Shown here in pieces: positions 52,401 through 64,000 of a stretch of DNA of 64,000 nt; the first letter of the stretch is position 1, and each line of letters begins with the position of its first letter. The stretch is from positions 1,302,001 to 1,366,000 of the forward strand of contig NW_024704761.1 in NCBI RefSeq assembly GCF_018977255.1. The letters are read 5' to 3'. The notes under the pieces were generated by a model. The model was not told where the DNA came from. It searched no databases and saw nothing but the letters and a program-made list of their open reading frames with translations. A program made the translations under genes and the position numbers. This DNA is from Callorhinchus milii. Taxonomy: Eukaryota.

Positions 52401-54240
52401 ACTACAGAAACAGGCCATTTGGCCTATCTAGTCCATGCTCGTGTTTATAGAGTCGACTCTTGCTAATTGCCCTTCTGATCCTCTCTGTTCGTTTCTCCCT
52501 GTATGCATTAGGTTTCCTCTTAAATGTGTTGGTGCTTTCTGCTTCATCCACAGTAGGAGAAGTGACTTATACACTAGCCTATTTTCCATGAATGGATGAC
52601 TATTTCAATAAATTTTAATATGCTGTAATGGTTTAAAGGGCACTATCATGACATGGAACTACGCAATCTTGCTGCTGATAGTTAGACCTGTTTAATTTAA
52701 TTTCAAGAAGTCCATTAGGCATTTCTGAAGTGCTGTCAACTTTATCTCGTCTTTTCAATAACCCATCCAGTTGAGCAATGGTAATGTCCCAATGGAATTT
52801 GCCATTGGTCTTGTAGAGTCTTAGTAAATGAAGATCCTTCAAACCACACGGACAAAGGAAAATCTGTGGATTAGCCTTTGTTTATGAACTGATGATCTAT
52901 TTTCTTATGTACATTGTTTTTGCTACAAGTCCTCCTCCCAGTAGTGAATGTTGTATAAATAGAGCAGCTTCATTTCTTGTGGGAAAACCTAGAAATGTGC
53001 TTCCTGTAAAGGATTTGTAGCTTTTTGTTTCTCAAAACGTCACTTGTACAGTTCTGGAAATTTCCATTACTTTGTGTCTCACTAGATCACATTTGCAGCT
53101 ATGGAAAAGCAAAATAGGCAGATGTCATCCTTTAATCCTTTAATGTATAGTATCCTATATGTGAGGTTTTCGGTCAGTTACCTGACAATGAAACCCATCA
53201 CCATACTTGAGAGGCTCTATAATAATAATAATAATATACCAAAGTACAGAGAGTTCCACGCAAGTAGTTTCCATTTAGGATAGAGTGTGCATTCTTTCTC
53301 CAGAGGACCCCTGCTTACCGAATCCCAATGAGTATTCGGGTGCAGAATAGCAAGAACCAAGGCTCGGGGACCCTAGAGTGTGTATTGTGGTACTGTTAAG
53401 AGTTTAACCAGTTAAACCCATGGAGCTTATCATGGTGAAGATTGGTGAGCTTTCCACTGCTTGTCATTCTAGGAACACCATATTTGGTTTGCAAAGTTAT
53501 TAGGAGCAGAATGGGAAGAATCCTGCTCCTCCAAGTCCTGGCAAATGAGCCTGACTTGCCTCCCCACATGAAGGGAAGTATGTGAAGCGGATTCAACTTT
53601 TTTTAAAAATAAAAAAAAAATCTGTTTTTCCGTCCTTGCAGTTTGTTCCATGACAGAATCTGTTCTGCTCCTTACTTTTTATTAATTCATAAGAAAAGCC
53701 CAAAGGTATTCCATTGTTTTTTTTTATCTTTTAGTGGCCTGGAGAATTCAGTGACCTGATCGATTTTATAAATTTGATTGTTTCACATCTCCATTCATCC
53801 ATATGGGGGGAATGTTTTCTGAAGCCTCAAGGAATAAAAACATTTAACCTTTAATGTTGTTCGTGACGAGAGTTTTTTGCTTTGCTTTATAAAATGTTTT
53901 GTGTAAGTCTAAAATGGAGTTCAAGAGGCCCTTTGCAGCATTTGTGGTCCTTAACTATGAGAACTGCAGGCATTGAGACATTCCCTGGTGGCCAGGCCTT
54001 TATCAGGGGAGATGATAGGGTTCAGATTTCATCTGGAAACCAGCATCTTCCTTTGAACAACCAGGCAGTTTAACTGGTCTGTAAATAACATTGTGCAGCA
54101 CAGGTTCAACTGTGCCAGAAATGCAGAACTGTGTCAAGGTACTGCAGGTTAGGAGGTTCACACTTCTGAACTGCCTGGGTATATTGGTGGAGGAGGGAAA
54201 GATTGGTGGCAAACATCCCATTTACATTTAAGACTTACAC

Positions 54241-54460
54241 ATAATAATCCCTCCCAAAAAAAACAATAATTAAATTGGTCATTTTCAATCTACGACTGTT
54301 TGTGGGACATTGCTGTGCGCAATTGGCTGCCGCGTTCGCCCACAAATATACAGTCAATTCACTTTACAGTGTGTTCTGTGAAGCGCTTTGGGACGTCCTC
54401 CCGACGTGAAAAGCGCTATATCAAATGCAAGGATTATTATTATTTATTATTATTATTATT
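54241..54460 (+). mobile_element. Young SINE, 5'-truncated
   Basis: Nearly identical to 57103-57313, with CpGs intact. Confidence 0.9.
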
Positions 54461-54654
54461 TTGTTGGTGTTCATCTACAAGTTAGACCAGCACTACACTT
54501 TACAGTGAAATCCTGTGAAATGCTTTGAGATATTTTGACAATGTAATGAGGCACTATATCAAGAGCAAGGATTATTGTTATTTATTATTTTAGAGGTTTG
54601 TTTCATTCCGGAGGAGGGTCGGTCTACCTTAATGCAGAGAAAACCAATGTTAAT

Positions 54655-54930
54655 CATAATAATCCTTACATTTGTTACAGTATCTATTGGGAGGACGTTT
54701 CAAAACACTTCAAGATTCACTGTAAATAATAATAATCCTTGCATTTAGTATACAGCCTCATCACGTCTTTGAGACATCTCAAAGGATGTACTGGAAAGTG
54801 AATTAACTGTATATTTTTGGGGCAAAAGTGCAGTGACTGTGTTCTGTAGGCAAACGCAGCAGTTTGTGCATAGCAACCTCCCTGAAAATAGTCGTGAAGT
54901 AAGTGAGCAATTTTATCCGGGGGTATTGTC
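54655..54930 (-). mobile_element. Two minus-strand SINE 3' fragments
   Basis: Reverse-complement tails AATAATCCTTACATTTG and AATAATCCTTGCATTT. Confidence 0.75.
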
Positions 54931-56165
54931 AGCCAGGATACTGGAAGAGAGAAACTCCCTTCTCTTTTTTTCCCTCTCCCTCCCTCACAGTGCTATGTAA
55001 TTTGTGTGGGGGAGAGGGTGGGGGGAGATGTTTCAACTTCACAGAAACCACCCTCTAAAATCCATGCCAGAGTTAGTTCCTAACTAGCAGAAATTCCGGT
55101 CTATGTGGGCTGACAAGTTCTGTAGGGTTTATTGTCGCACTGAAAATTACAGTACTGATGCTGCTCATATATCAAGATGCAACGTCGTAACTAATTATTA
55201 ACCCTTGACTGTTATATTAACCCACGCCTATTAAATCACAAGATTATTTAAAAAGTCAGTTTGATGCTGTGATAGGAGAACAGTAGGGTGGGTATTCTGG
55301 AGCGATGAGATCAGATGGGCCAAAGCGAATGTTTCATCCAAACCGATCTTGTGAAGCTTCAACACACCTTTGAAAGCCCCACTCAGAGATTCCACAAGTG
55401 CAAAAAATACTCGCTGTGCTTTAAGATAATCCAAGTGCATAACCTAGTGGTGCAGGAGTTAACATCCTTTGCTATTGCCTACCATAAGAACATTGCTTGC
55501 AGCTTTACAGTACACTTTACAGAATAAGGTGCCATATCAAATGCAAGGATTTTTATTACTATTTTCCTTCATGTGATATAGATTGACAAATTACCGTGGT
55601 GGCAACTGTGTAATTGCCAGGCTTTAACCTCAGTGCCTTGGGACATCCCCCCGACGTGAAAGGCGCTCTATAAATGTAATTTTGTTGTTGTTGTGGTGTA
55701 TTGCTCTATGGCCCTTTGGCACCCACCTCAGTTTCTCCACTCTATGAACAAAATTGAATCCAGACCTGGTATCCATCACAGATGTAGCAGTTCTTACTTG
55801 GGCTGCTTCTTTGAGTATGTGGTTGGAAGGTTCCATTTTTTAACATCCTAGCAATTTGTTTTCTTAATTGGTATCAAAACCATAAAAGGAGCTTTTAGTA
55901 GCACAGTTCCAGTTCTGATAACACCCAAAACATTAACCTTTCTCAGTTGGATTTTGATTGACCTGAAATGTGTTTCCAGCATTTTCTGTTCATTTTAGAT
56001 TCTTCATCCTCCCAAATCAAGACAAAATCATTTGCAGCTTTCTGATGTGTTTGACATGAGTGCTTTTCTGTTATTACAAGAGATGTATATGATAATTACA
56101 GCTGTATTGCAAGGGTTTAGTACTCATGTTGCCTGCCTTAAACTTGCTTTTTTTTGGACTTCCAG

Positions 56166-56317
56166 CCAAGTACCCTACCACAGGGGACAGTTAACATGAA
56201 CCAATGTACAGATGTCATTGATGCTGAACCCAAGACCGGACAGAAGAATGCGCTCTGCATCATCACACCTGAACGGGAATTCTTCATCCGTGGAGAGTCC
56301 AAAGAAATAATTAATGG
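56166..56317 (+). CDS. MPRIP-like: MPRIP-family gene exon 4 (PSTLPQGTVNMNQCTDVIDAEPKTGQKNALCIITPEREFFIRGESKEIIN+GG); gene continues beyond window end
   Basis: Acceptor ttttggacttccag|, donor GG|GTGAGT; 152 nt, in frame with exon 3; remainder of the PH domain. Confidence 0.95.
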
Positions 56318-56980
56318 GTGAGTTTCTTTAGAGCATTGTTTCCCAAAATCTTTTTCATTTCATTGATAACACATCAATGGTTCAGGCTTTGTTGTCATAA
56401 ATCTTGATAAAACGGGTTTTGATACATATTCATGTTGGGATATAAAATGAATAAGAACACAAATATAGAAACCTCTACAAACCTGCAATGATACTGTTGG
56501 AATTCAATAGTACGCACCTTTTTAGCTCAGCAAAAATCCATAAGTCACTTTAAATTTTAAATGGGAAAACTTGAATGGTATCTTTGCACTATTTATATTT
56601 CAATCGGCCTGTTACCTCATTGCATTGCGTGTTGGCAAACTGAAACCAACACCCATTTATAAAGAAAATCTAGAGTAGATTGCAAAGAGTATGTTTGTCT
56701 CGATGAATGGGGGGCCAAATTGATTATGGCAGGACCTTGGCCTTGGATGAGAACAATGGCAAGTTATGCATTTAGCAGAGAATTGAGTAGCTCAGTTCAT
56801 TGGATGCTAATTTCTGAAGGAATTTTGAGTTCACTTTCTTGAGTTCAGTACCTTGTTATCCACAATTGGATGTCTTTTAAAATGCTGTCTGAGAGTGAAA
56901 GTCTAGGTGTCAGCCAGGATCAGTCGGTAGCACTCTCACATCTGAGTCAGAAGATTGTGTTGAATCCCCACGCATAGTTC

Positions 56981-57312
56981 GTGGAGTCCTGTAGCTCAGT
57001 GGTTAGAGCACTCGCTTTGCAAGTGAGAGACCTGAGTTCAATTCCAGGCAGAGGGCGAAACCTCGGGCAAGTTTCCTTACTCCTTACTCCACACAGAGCC
57101 TAATAATAATCCTCCAAAACCAAAAACAATAATAAATTGGTCATTTTCAATCTACGACTGTTTGTGGGACATTGCTGTGCGCCATTGGCTGCCGCGTTCG
57201 CCCACAAATATACAGTCAATTCACTTTACAGTGTGTTCTGTGAAGCGCTTTGGGACGTCCTCCCGACGTGAAAAGCGCTATATCAAATGCAAGGATTATT
57301 ATTATTATTATT
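56981..57312 (+). mobile_element. Young tRNA-derived (Ala-like) SINE nested in an older SINE (56908 to ~57560)
   Basis: A box TAGCTCAGTGG, anticodon-like TGC loop, B box GAGTTCAATTCC, (TTA)n tail; flanked by the direct repeat ATAGTTC. Confidence 0.9.
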
Positions 57313-59277
57313 ATAGTTCTAAGCGGACACTCCCAATGCAATGCTGGAGATGTCCATAGATAATCTGTTAAACTAATATCCTGTCTACCTGTTCGGGTGG
57401 ATGTTTAAAGATCCTATGGCATTATTTTAAAAGAGAAAAGGACCTTCTCTGTTTCCTGGCTAACAATTCCTCAGATAAAATTGGTTATTCACTTTTATGG
57501 GGCATTGTTGTGTGCACGTTGGCTGCCAATGCAAATCGTACAGTAAAATCCTGTGATACGTTTATATGTGCTACATGAATATGATAACCTAATTGTATTA
57601 CTGATTCATAAACATATAAAGAGTTGTCGATAACTACACCTTAGGGAAGAGGAGAAAAGCTCAAGGGCATAGTTTCTGTTAAAGACCAAAATATCAAACT
57701 GTTTAAGAGAGGGAACATTTAACATTCTGTCTGGCCCTGTCTTAGCATGTTTAGAACAATCCTAAATATAACGAGTCTTCATATATGAAAAATGATTCTA
57801 AACCAGACGCTGACAGGCTTCTGCGGGAGTTGTATTGACTGTGGTGCAGAGAAGCTATTACTCTCGCTATTTGCTAGAAAATTCCATCTATACCCCCCTG
57901 GCTGGTTTCCCACAAGCAAATCATATCGAGCTCAGATGCACACTTCACATTCCTTTTGATAAATGTTCTTTTACTTTGTCCCCATGCTATAAACACCAAA
58001 AATATCTTTACGTTCATAATTTTTGTAGTTTGCTTGAGGTATTAGTTTTAAGATGGAAAATAGCAGCAGCCTGATTCTTTTATCTTTCGCGCCAGCTGTT
58101 GGGATGAAGGGGATTAAAAGAAAGCTCTGTAAATCTATACTGTGCATTACTCGTTTTGAGTACAGTATATGTCTTTCTAAATAACGTTCTTCTTTCTCTC
58201 CCTATTTTAGTTGTCGGATAAACTGAATGATTGTGTTTCTGCTTGTATGTGTCCGGAGGATTTGAGAGGAAATCTCCTTACTAACATTTAAGTTCTGAAG
58301 ATACTCTGATTTGAAAACTAATTCCTCCTGATGGCCACTGGGGAGAAAGATGAGTTGAACTGATAGTTTGCTGAAAATCTGATTTGCTCTCAGTTGGAAA
58401 TGGATATCTAAATGAGGGTCTAACCTTAAATTACAGATCACAGCAATGATGAAAAGTAAAAGTACTTCTGTGAATTATACTATTTTGAGACGTATTTCCT
58501 TCAGGTTCAGGTATTGGCAAATGTGCTACAGACATATTAGGGTTCCATATTTATTCAGCCTCAGGGCATAGTTAAGATGTTGCTGTCATTGCCAAAGAAA
58601 ATCTTCTGGGACACAAAGAAATGACATCCCGTGGAGTGTATTCTTTATTCTTTTCTGTTGTCAGCAGCGGATCTTGATTTCTCTCACCAAGAAAAGTTTG
58701 CAATCGCCATTTACCAGCAATCTGTCTGTTAGCACTGATTGCCATTAAATTGACAGTTGCAGTCAAAAGACCGCAAGGGCAGCTGATGCGTGAAATGAAA
58801 AATGTCATGCTGGTAAAATTGGTCCTGTTCCTCTGAATTTACGCCCAAGGCAGATTGTCAAAGCAGAGAAACAGCTTTGTTGAGACTGGTATCCAAAGTA
58901 CAATTGCTGTTGCATTTCTCAGCACTACCATCCTTTGCCTTGATCAATTTGACATTTTTTAAAATAATGCTCAGGGGGAAAAATATTTGAATTGGAAAAG
59001 GTGAATTCCCCTCTCCCCACCACCTTAACATAATTGATATGCATTTTCAATTTTCCATTTAAACCTCATTATTTTATGCTTTATGTTTGTCAAGCTTAGA
59101 CCTCTCAACCAACCCTTCAGAGTTAACAATAAATGAGTGGGATTCATTGTCATTCCATAATCAAAACTCAGGTTTATTTTAATGAGATTTAAAGGGAAAT
59201 GAAAAGGTATTTGAAAAGGAAATTTGAGGGGCTGTGGGCTAAGAGCAAGGTTGCGGCAAGGTTTCAAGGAGTCGGCA

Positions 59278-59326
59278 CTGGCACGATGGGCCGAATGGCC
59301 TCCTTCTGTGCTGTATGATTCTATGA
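59278..59326 (+). mobile_element. CR1 extreme 3' tail
   Basis: GATGGGCCGAATGGCCTCCTTCTGTGCTGTATGATTCTATGA is a typical CR1 3' end. Confidence 0.7.
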
Positions 59327-62300
59327 AATATCAAAATCTCTTGTTAGATGAGAATTTAAGAGTTAAGACATTGAACATTGTCCGTATTTCTGGCCATGAG
59401 ACATTTATTTTTTGATAATTATATTTGACTTTGCCTCAGCATACAATCTACAGTATTTCTGACCTATTTCTGTGTGTATCCGTCTTACTACTCTTCAACT
59501 CAGTCTGCCTCACTTTTTACCGTGACGCCCTTTAGATTCCACCGTCCAAATTTGGCACAGATTATTGTGAACAATGTGTTGCACTGCTCCAAAAATACAA
59601 AGTTGATGAAATGTGTATGGGAAATGATAAAACCTCAGTAATCTGCCAGAGAACAGTCAATTCAGAGGAAGTTGTATAACGTTCATGTCTGCGTAAATTG
59701 GTTTGTGTACATAGTCTGTTCATGACATAATAGTCCCCCACAAGTGCTGAATTTCAAGTCAACATCATAGTTAATGTGTTTGCAAATCAAGAATGATGAG
59801 AACTGTCTGTAGCTACATTGAAGAGACCCACAGTAAATTATTTCTCATTAAATATAAATACACTCTCGCTTGGATGAAACATTTAAAATGTCCCTGTTCT
59901 TTTTAAAAATTGTTGTAAACAGAATGACCCCAATCTCAGGAAACGCCATCATGTTTTTCGGCATTTCAATATTGAAGAATTTGACATTCTAAATATTGAA
60001 TAAAATGACAACCAATGTCTTGCTTCCACCGACAACTTTCATGCCTTTTTGTGGCATTAAATGTTATCCTAACTTGCCTTTTACAGGCATTTGACTGCAA
60101 ATATTTTTATTTTCTTCTACGCTGTTTCTTCTTGCTTTTCATTTACTTTTTGATTTCTCTATCTAACTATCTAAACCTTGCTTTCAGATTTACACAATGT
60201 GAAAATGTTCAGAAAAGAACTATCTTATGAAAAGTACAATAGTTTTGTGATTGTCCCTAGTGAAAAGCAAGAGAGATAGTTTAGAGAAACTGGCATAACT
60301 CATCAAAATAGCACTGTGAAAATATCTTCCAGGTGAATTTAGCTTGGAGCAAATATGACCTAATGCTAAATATAGACCTATAATAAGGAGTCTTAATGGG
60401 AGCTGCAAAGAAATGGGAAAATGTATGAAAATCTAATTAGGTATTTTCTGCGCATTGTTTTGCTATCTGGCTCAACTGTGAGCGTCTCGCTGTCAAATAA
60501 CTTGCCACCAATTGTTCTCTAGTTATTGAGATAGAATAACCAGTTGGGAACTTATCTTTTTAAGGCAGCTGATTGTCTGACACATGAGGAAACCCATAAC
60601 TATGTTTATGAGTATCCTAACCAGACAGAGTTCCACCTGTGTCACCTACGCATGGAATGCATATTCTCTCCATGAGGGAGGCAACCTGCTTACCTAATTC
60701 AGGAAATTATTAGGCACATGTTGGCAAGAGCCAAAATTTGAAGATCGCAGAGTATGCTATGGTATTGCTGCAGTCTAACCAGCTAAAACAGTACAGATTG
60801 CCATTGAGAGCACTGTCTGGCAGATTCCTGCTGCTTGTTTAGCTAGGACCACCCTACTTGTTGGGGTTTTTGCTTGCAGGAGCTGTGTGAAGAATTCTGG
60901 CCTCCAGGAAAGCTCTGTCCCTCCAAGTCCTGTTGATGAGCCAGGATGGCTGATTTTTCATTATCTGTACCCTGGAGTACAATGGCTCAGAAATAGGATA
61001 CTGAGACTACCACAGAGGGTTGACTCTAGTCTGATGTTTCATTTCCAAGCACATCACTTTGGAGCCAACTCAACTGCCAAGGAGACCCAGTGTACCTCCC
61101 TCCATACATACCTCCCCAGGGAAGTTACCAGAAGGCTGCCAGCACCTATCGAATTACCTCAGCTCAGCATGAGTCACGACTTTAGGAAAAGTGGAGCAAG
61201 GGTAGAAATTTGGAACAAAACCTCAAATCATGGAAATGTCATCGTAAGATGCAGAAAAGCAATTTCTCTGGGGGTTAGGGGCCCACTGAATTTCATATCA
61301 GTTAATTAAAATTATTACAGATTGCATATCTTGCAGATTGTGGCATATTTTTTTGAATGTGCCAATATTATACCAATGCATGAATGTGCTCCATGCCAGA
61401 ATATCTTTTGAAGAATGGATAGTTAACTGTTCCTCTTCCCATTTTCTGCAATGCATGTTTATCACGGTTGCAGCTGAATAAACTGAAGTCTCCAGAGTAT
61501 CTAGAACCATATCCTGTGACCGTGCATTATTTTTCAGATGATTGCGTTGATGGATTACTTTTGTTGGATGTGTTATCGTGTTTCATCACCGGTAGAAAAC
61601 AAATAATTTGGCCAAGCCATCAAGTGTTTGTTTAAACACCTGCTTCTCCTCATGTGTCCTTTTTTTTACCTTTTCATATCTAGCATCAATAGGATAAGTA
61701 ACTTGCAATCACCACCAGGTTGTTTACGAGCACTGCCGTGTTCAAGGTCCTTAGGTTAAGTGTGGTAAGTTGTTCCTCAGTATGTCATTGTGTCAGAAAG
61801 CAGATCAGGTGACTGAACTACACTCCAGTTCACAGATTCTGTTGGCACTTTCACCAACACGACCAGGTTCATTGACTAGTTTTGCAGTCGCTCTTGTTTT
61901 GGGAAAGTCTTTAACAGTGGTTAATAATAATAATAATCCTTGCATTTGATATAGTGCCTTATCACATCATCGAGATGTTTCAAAGCGCTTCACAGGATAT
62001 ACTGTCAATGTACATAATCAATATAATCTTAAATATTCCTATTGTGCCGTTTCGGAAGATTTGGGCATAATACCCTGGCCGGAAGTGCAGACCAGCCATT
62101 TTGTGACCCTTGTCTATTTTTATACAGTGGGATGGACGTAATAGAGACCCAATCTGTTTCTTTCCGTTTGTTTATTTGATATATTTATGTTCTTTCCTGT
62201 CTCGTGCTGTGTGGGAGCTAACAACTGTAGACGCTAAGTAAGTTGCATTCACTAGCAATCATTCTTACAGTGAGTGGCGTGAAACAAGAGGCAACCTGTC

Positions 62301-63352
62301 AAAGCTAATGAGGGCTGACGCAACACAACCTTCTATTACATTTGTGCACACTTCACTGAGTGGGCTGGTTTTCCCACATCTCAACATACATTAAGGTTGA
62401 TCATTGTTCCAACTGGTCAATTGGCTGGTATTGCTATTAGGGATCTGGATCGCTTGTCTTCTTTTCTTCTTACATGGTGAATCTTGTAAGGAAGCCTATG
62501 CTCTTGACTGCTAATCAGTAGTTCATTGATTCTGTTGAGAATTACACCACGTGAACATAGGAACATGGGTCATGGTAATTCTTTAAGCCAAATTTCCCTG
62601 CCTTCTTCATGACCTTTAATATCCTTATTTCCCAAATATCAAGAATCTGATTGGATAGTTAGCAAATGAAATGTAATCGGCATTCCTGTCAGCTCACCTC
62701 AAATCGGTTTTGTCAGCTTTGGGCTCAGCTACTGGAAAATGTGCCACGTAGAAGAGCTACATTCATAGCTGAGGGGGTTGGGGAGAATTGTCTGATTTAA
62801 ATCCCATCTCCTGAACTATCTTATTAGAGTGGAATTGACAGTGGCTGTGGAAAACTCCATGCCCTAGCCTGTCTGCTGCTGCTGGAGAATGCACTGCATT
62901 CTTTTATTTTACTCCCCCCACCCCCCCCCACCCCCTTTCTTGGACTGTGCAATTGGGGAGACAAGTGTGTGTATCTGTCTGTCTGTGTGTGTGTGAATCA
63001 AATCAGAGGAAAAAAAACTCCAGAAACAGCCTGACAATTCAAAAAGCTGATCTGTCAGATTGATAAGGAAACCAGTTTGGGTTTGGGATTTTTTGTTTTA
63101 TATATAGGAATATCAGGTTTACATGTAATTTAAGTTATCTAGTTAATTGCCCACAATGTGTGAAGTGTCTGATAGCTAACCATTTTATAGCTCTTGTTAT
63201 ATACTTTATAGTTCTTGTTGAGTACAGTAATTGAGAGAAGGTTGTGAGATAGAATAGATTGCTGATGAATCACGGGATGAAAAGGAAGCTTTAATTTAGG
63301 TGAATTTATTTTACATATTTAAATGTTAAGCCTTCTCCATCCTTTACTTTCT

Positions 63353-63690
63353 GAGTCATAGAAATTTATAGTGCAGAGGAGGCTCTGCACTGTCCATTCA
63401 ATCCCCGCTTTATCACCATACCCCTTCAAGGCTTTTTTTTCAAATACCTGTCAACTCATGAAACCCATAATAGTCTCTGCTTCTACCATCTTGCTTGGTG
63501 GGGCATTTCACATCCCAACAATTCTACATTCTGTGAAAAAAATCCTCCTGAGATCTCCTTTTGCTTTTCTTATATCTATGTCCTCCAGTCACTGACTCCC
63601 AGTGGAAATTGCTTCTCCCAATTTATCTTGTCAAAACCCGTCATACATTTGAATTAGGACCTTTCCAACTACAGTCACTCCAAGGGATAA
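63353..63690 (-). mobile_element. Old CR1 3' fragment
   Basis: GAGTCATAGAA terminal repeat and collinear similarity to the other CR1 copies. Confidence 0.6.
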
Positions 63691-63873
63691 GGGTTCAGCA
63701 ACGGAGTGGCATGTTAGGCATATGTATAAATACATAAATAAATAACAGCATGATGACATAGGTGATAGTGACAAGTTAAGCCGGGGTAAGATATCAGGAG
63801 TTTATTGTAGTAGAAAAAGAATACTTCATACCAACAGTATGGGTTTGATTCATATCCAGGTCCCAACATTTCA

Positions 63874-63980
63874 AACACAATATACAGTCAATTCACTTTA
63901 CAGTATATTCTGTGAAGTGCTTTGAGATGTCTCGAAGATGTAATAATAAACTATTTCAAATGCAAGAATTATTCTTATTA
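63874..63980 (+). mobile_element. SINE 3' tail. Similar tails occur near 1, 930, 2040, 4065, 4978, 11880, 20880, 24855, 30894, 32515, 33770, 36232, 54495 and 61922
   Basis: AATATACAGTCAATTCACTTTACAGTATATTCTGTGAAGTGCTTTGAGA...AAATGCAAGAATTATT. Confidence 0.8.
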
Positions 63981-64000
63981 ACAGAGCCTCCTTCTCAGAA

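Noticed and set aside
56983-57057. tRNA-Ala gene
   Set aside because: The acceptor stem does not pair well, and the sequence continues into a SINE body and tail bounded by a target duplication. The same applies to the tRNA-like heads at 23221, 34228, 44336 and 49331.
10700-64000. Dozens of 60-140 aa intronic ORFs
   Set aside because: Lengths expected by chance, no domain motifs, and several (e.g. 54300, 57162) are SINE translations.

Overview
Vertebrate genomic DNA, not prokaryotic: CpG-depleted introns, two CpG islands, GT-AG introns, and CR1/L2 LINEs with tRNA-derived SINEs. The repeat style suggests a cartilaginous fish, possibly a chimaera (inference). Two spliced genes lie head-to-head, both mostly missed by the ORF track. 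(1) Minus strand, 3215 to <261: five phase-consistent exons encoding an SDS22-class leucine-rich-repeat protein. Its upstream CpG island holds a 34-bp minisatellite of RFX X-box-like half-sites. (2) Plus strand from 9696: coding exons 1-4 (9696-9821, 24236-24313, 26156-26221, 56166-56317) of an MPRIP/TRIOBP/outspread-family gene, covering the N-terminal Cys motif and most of the first PH domain; it looks like a paralogue rather than MPRIP itself. The rest is intron with many SINE and LINE fragments. Smaller items of note: a degenerate minimal hammerhead ribozyme motif (~6552-6595), a SINE nested in a SINE with a 7-bp target duplication, a minisatellite expanded inside a SINE, a four-copy unclassified repeat, two hairpins, and candidate poison/micro exons. 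I found no convincing novel multi-gene system, CRISPR array or intact transposon.
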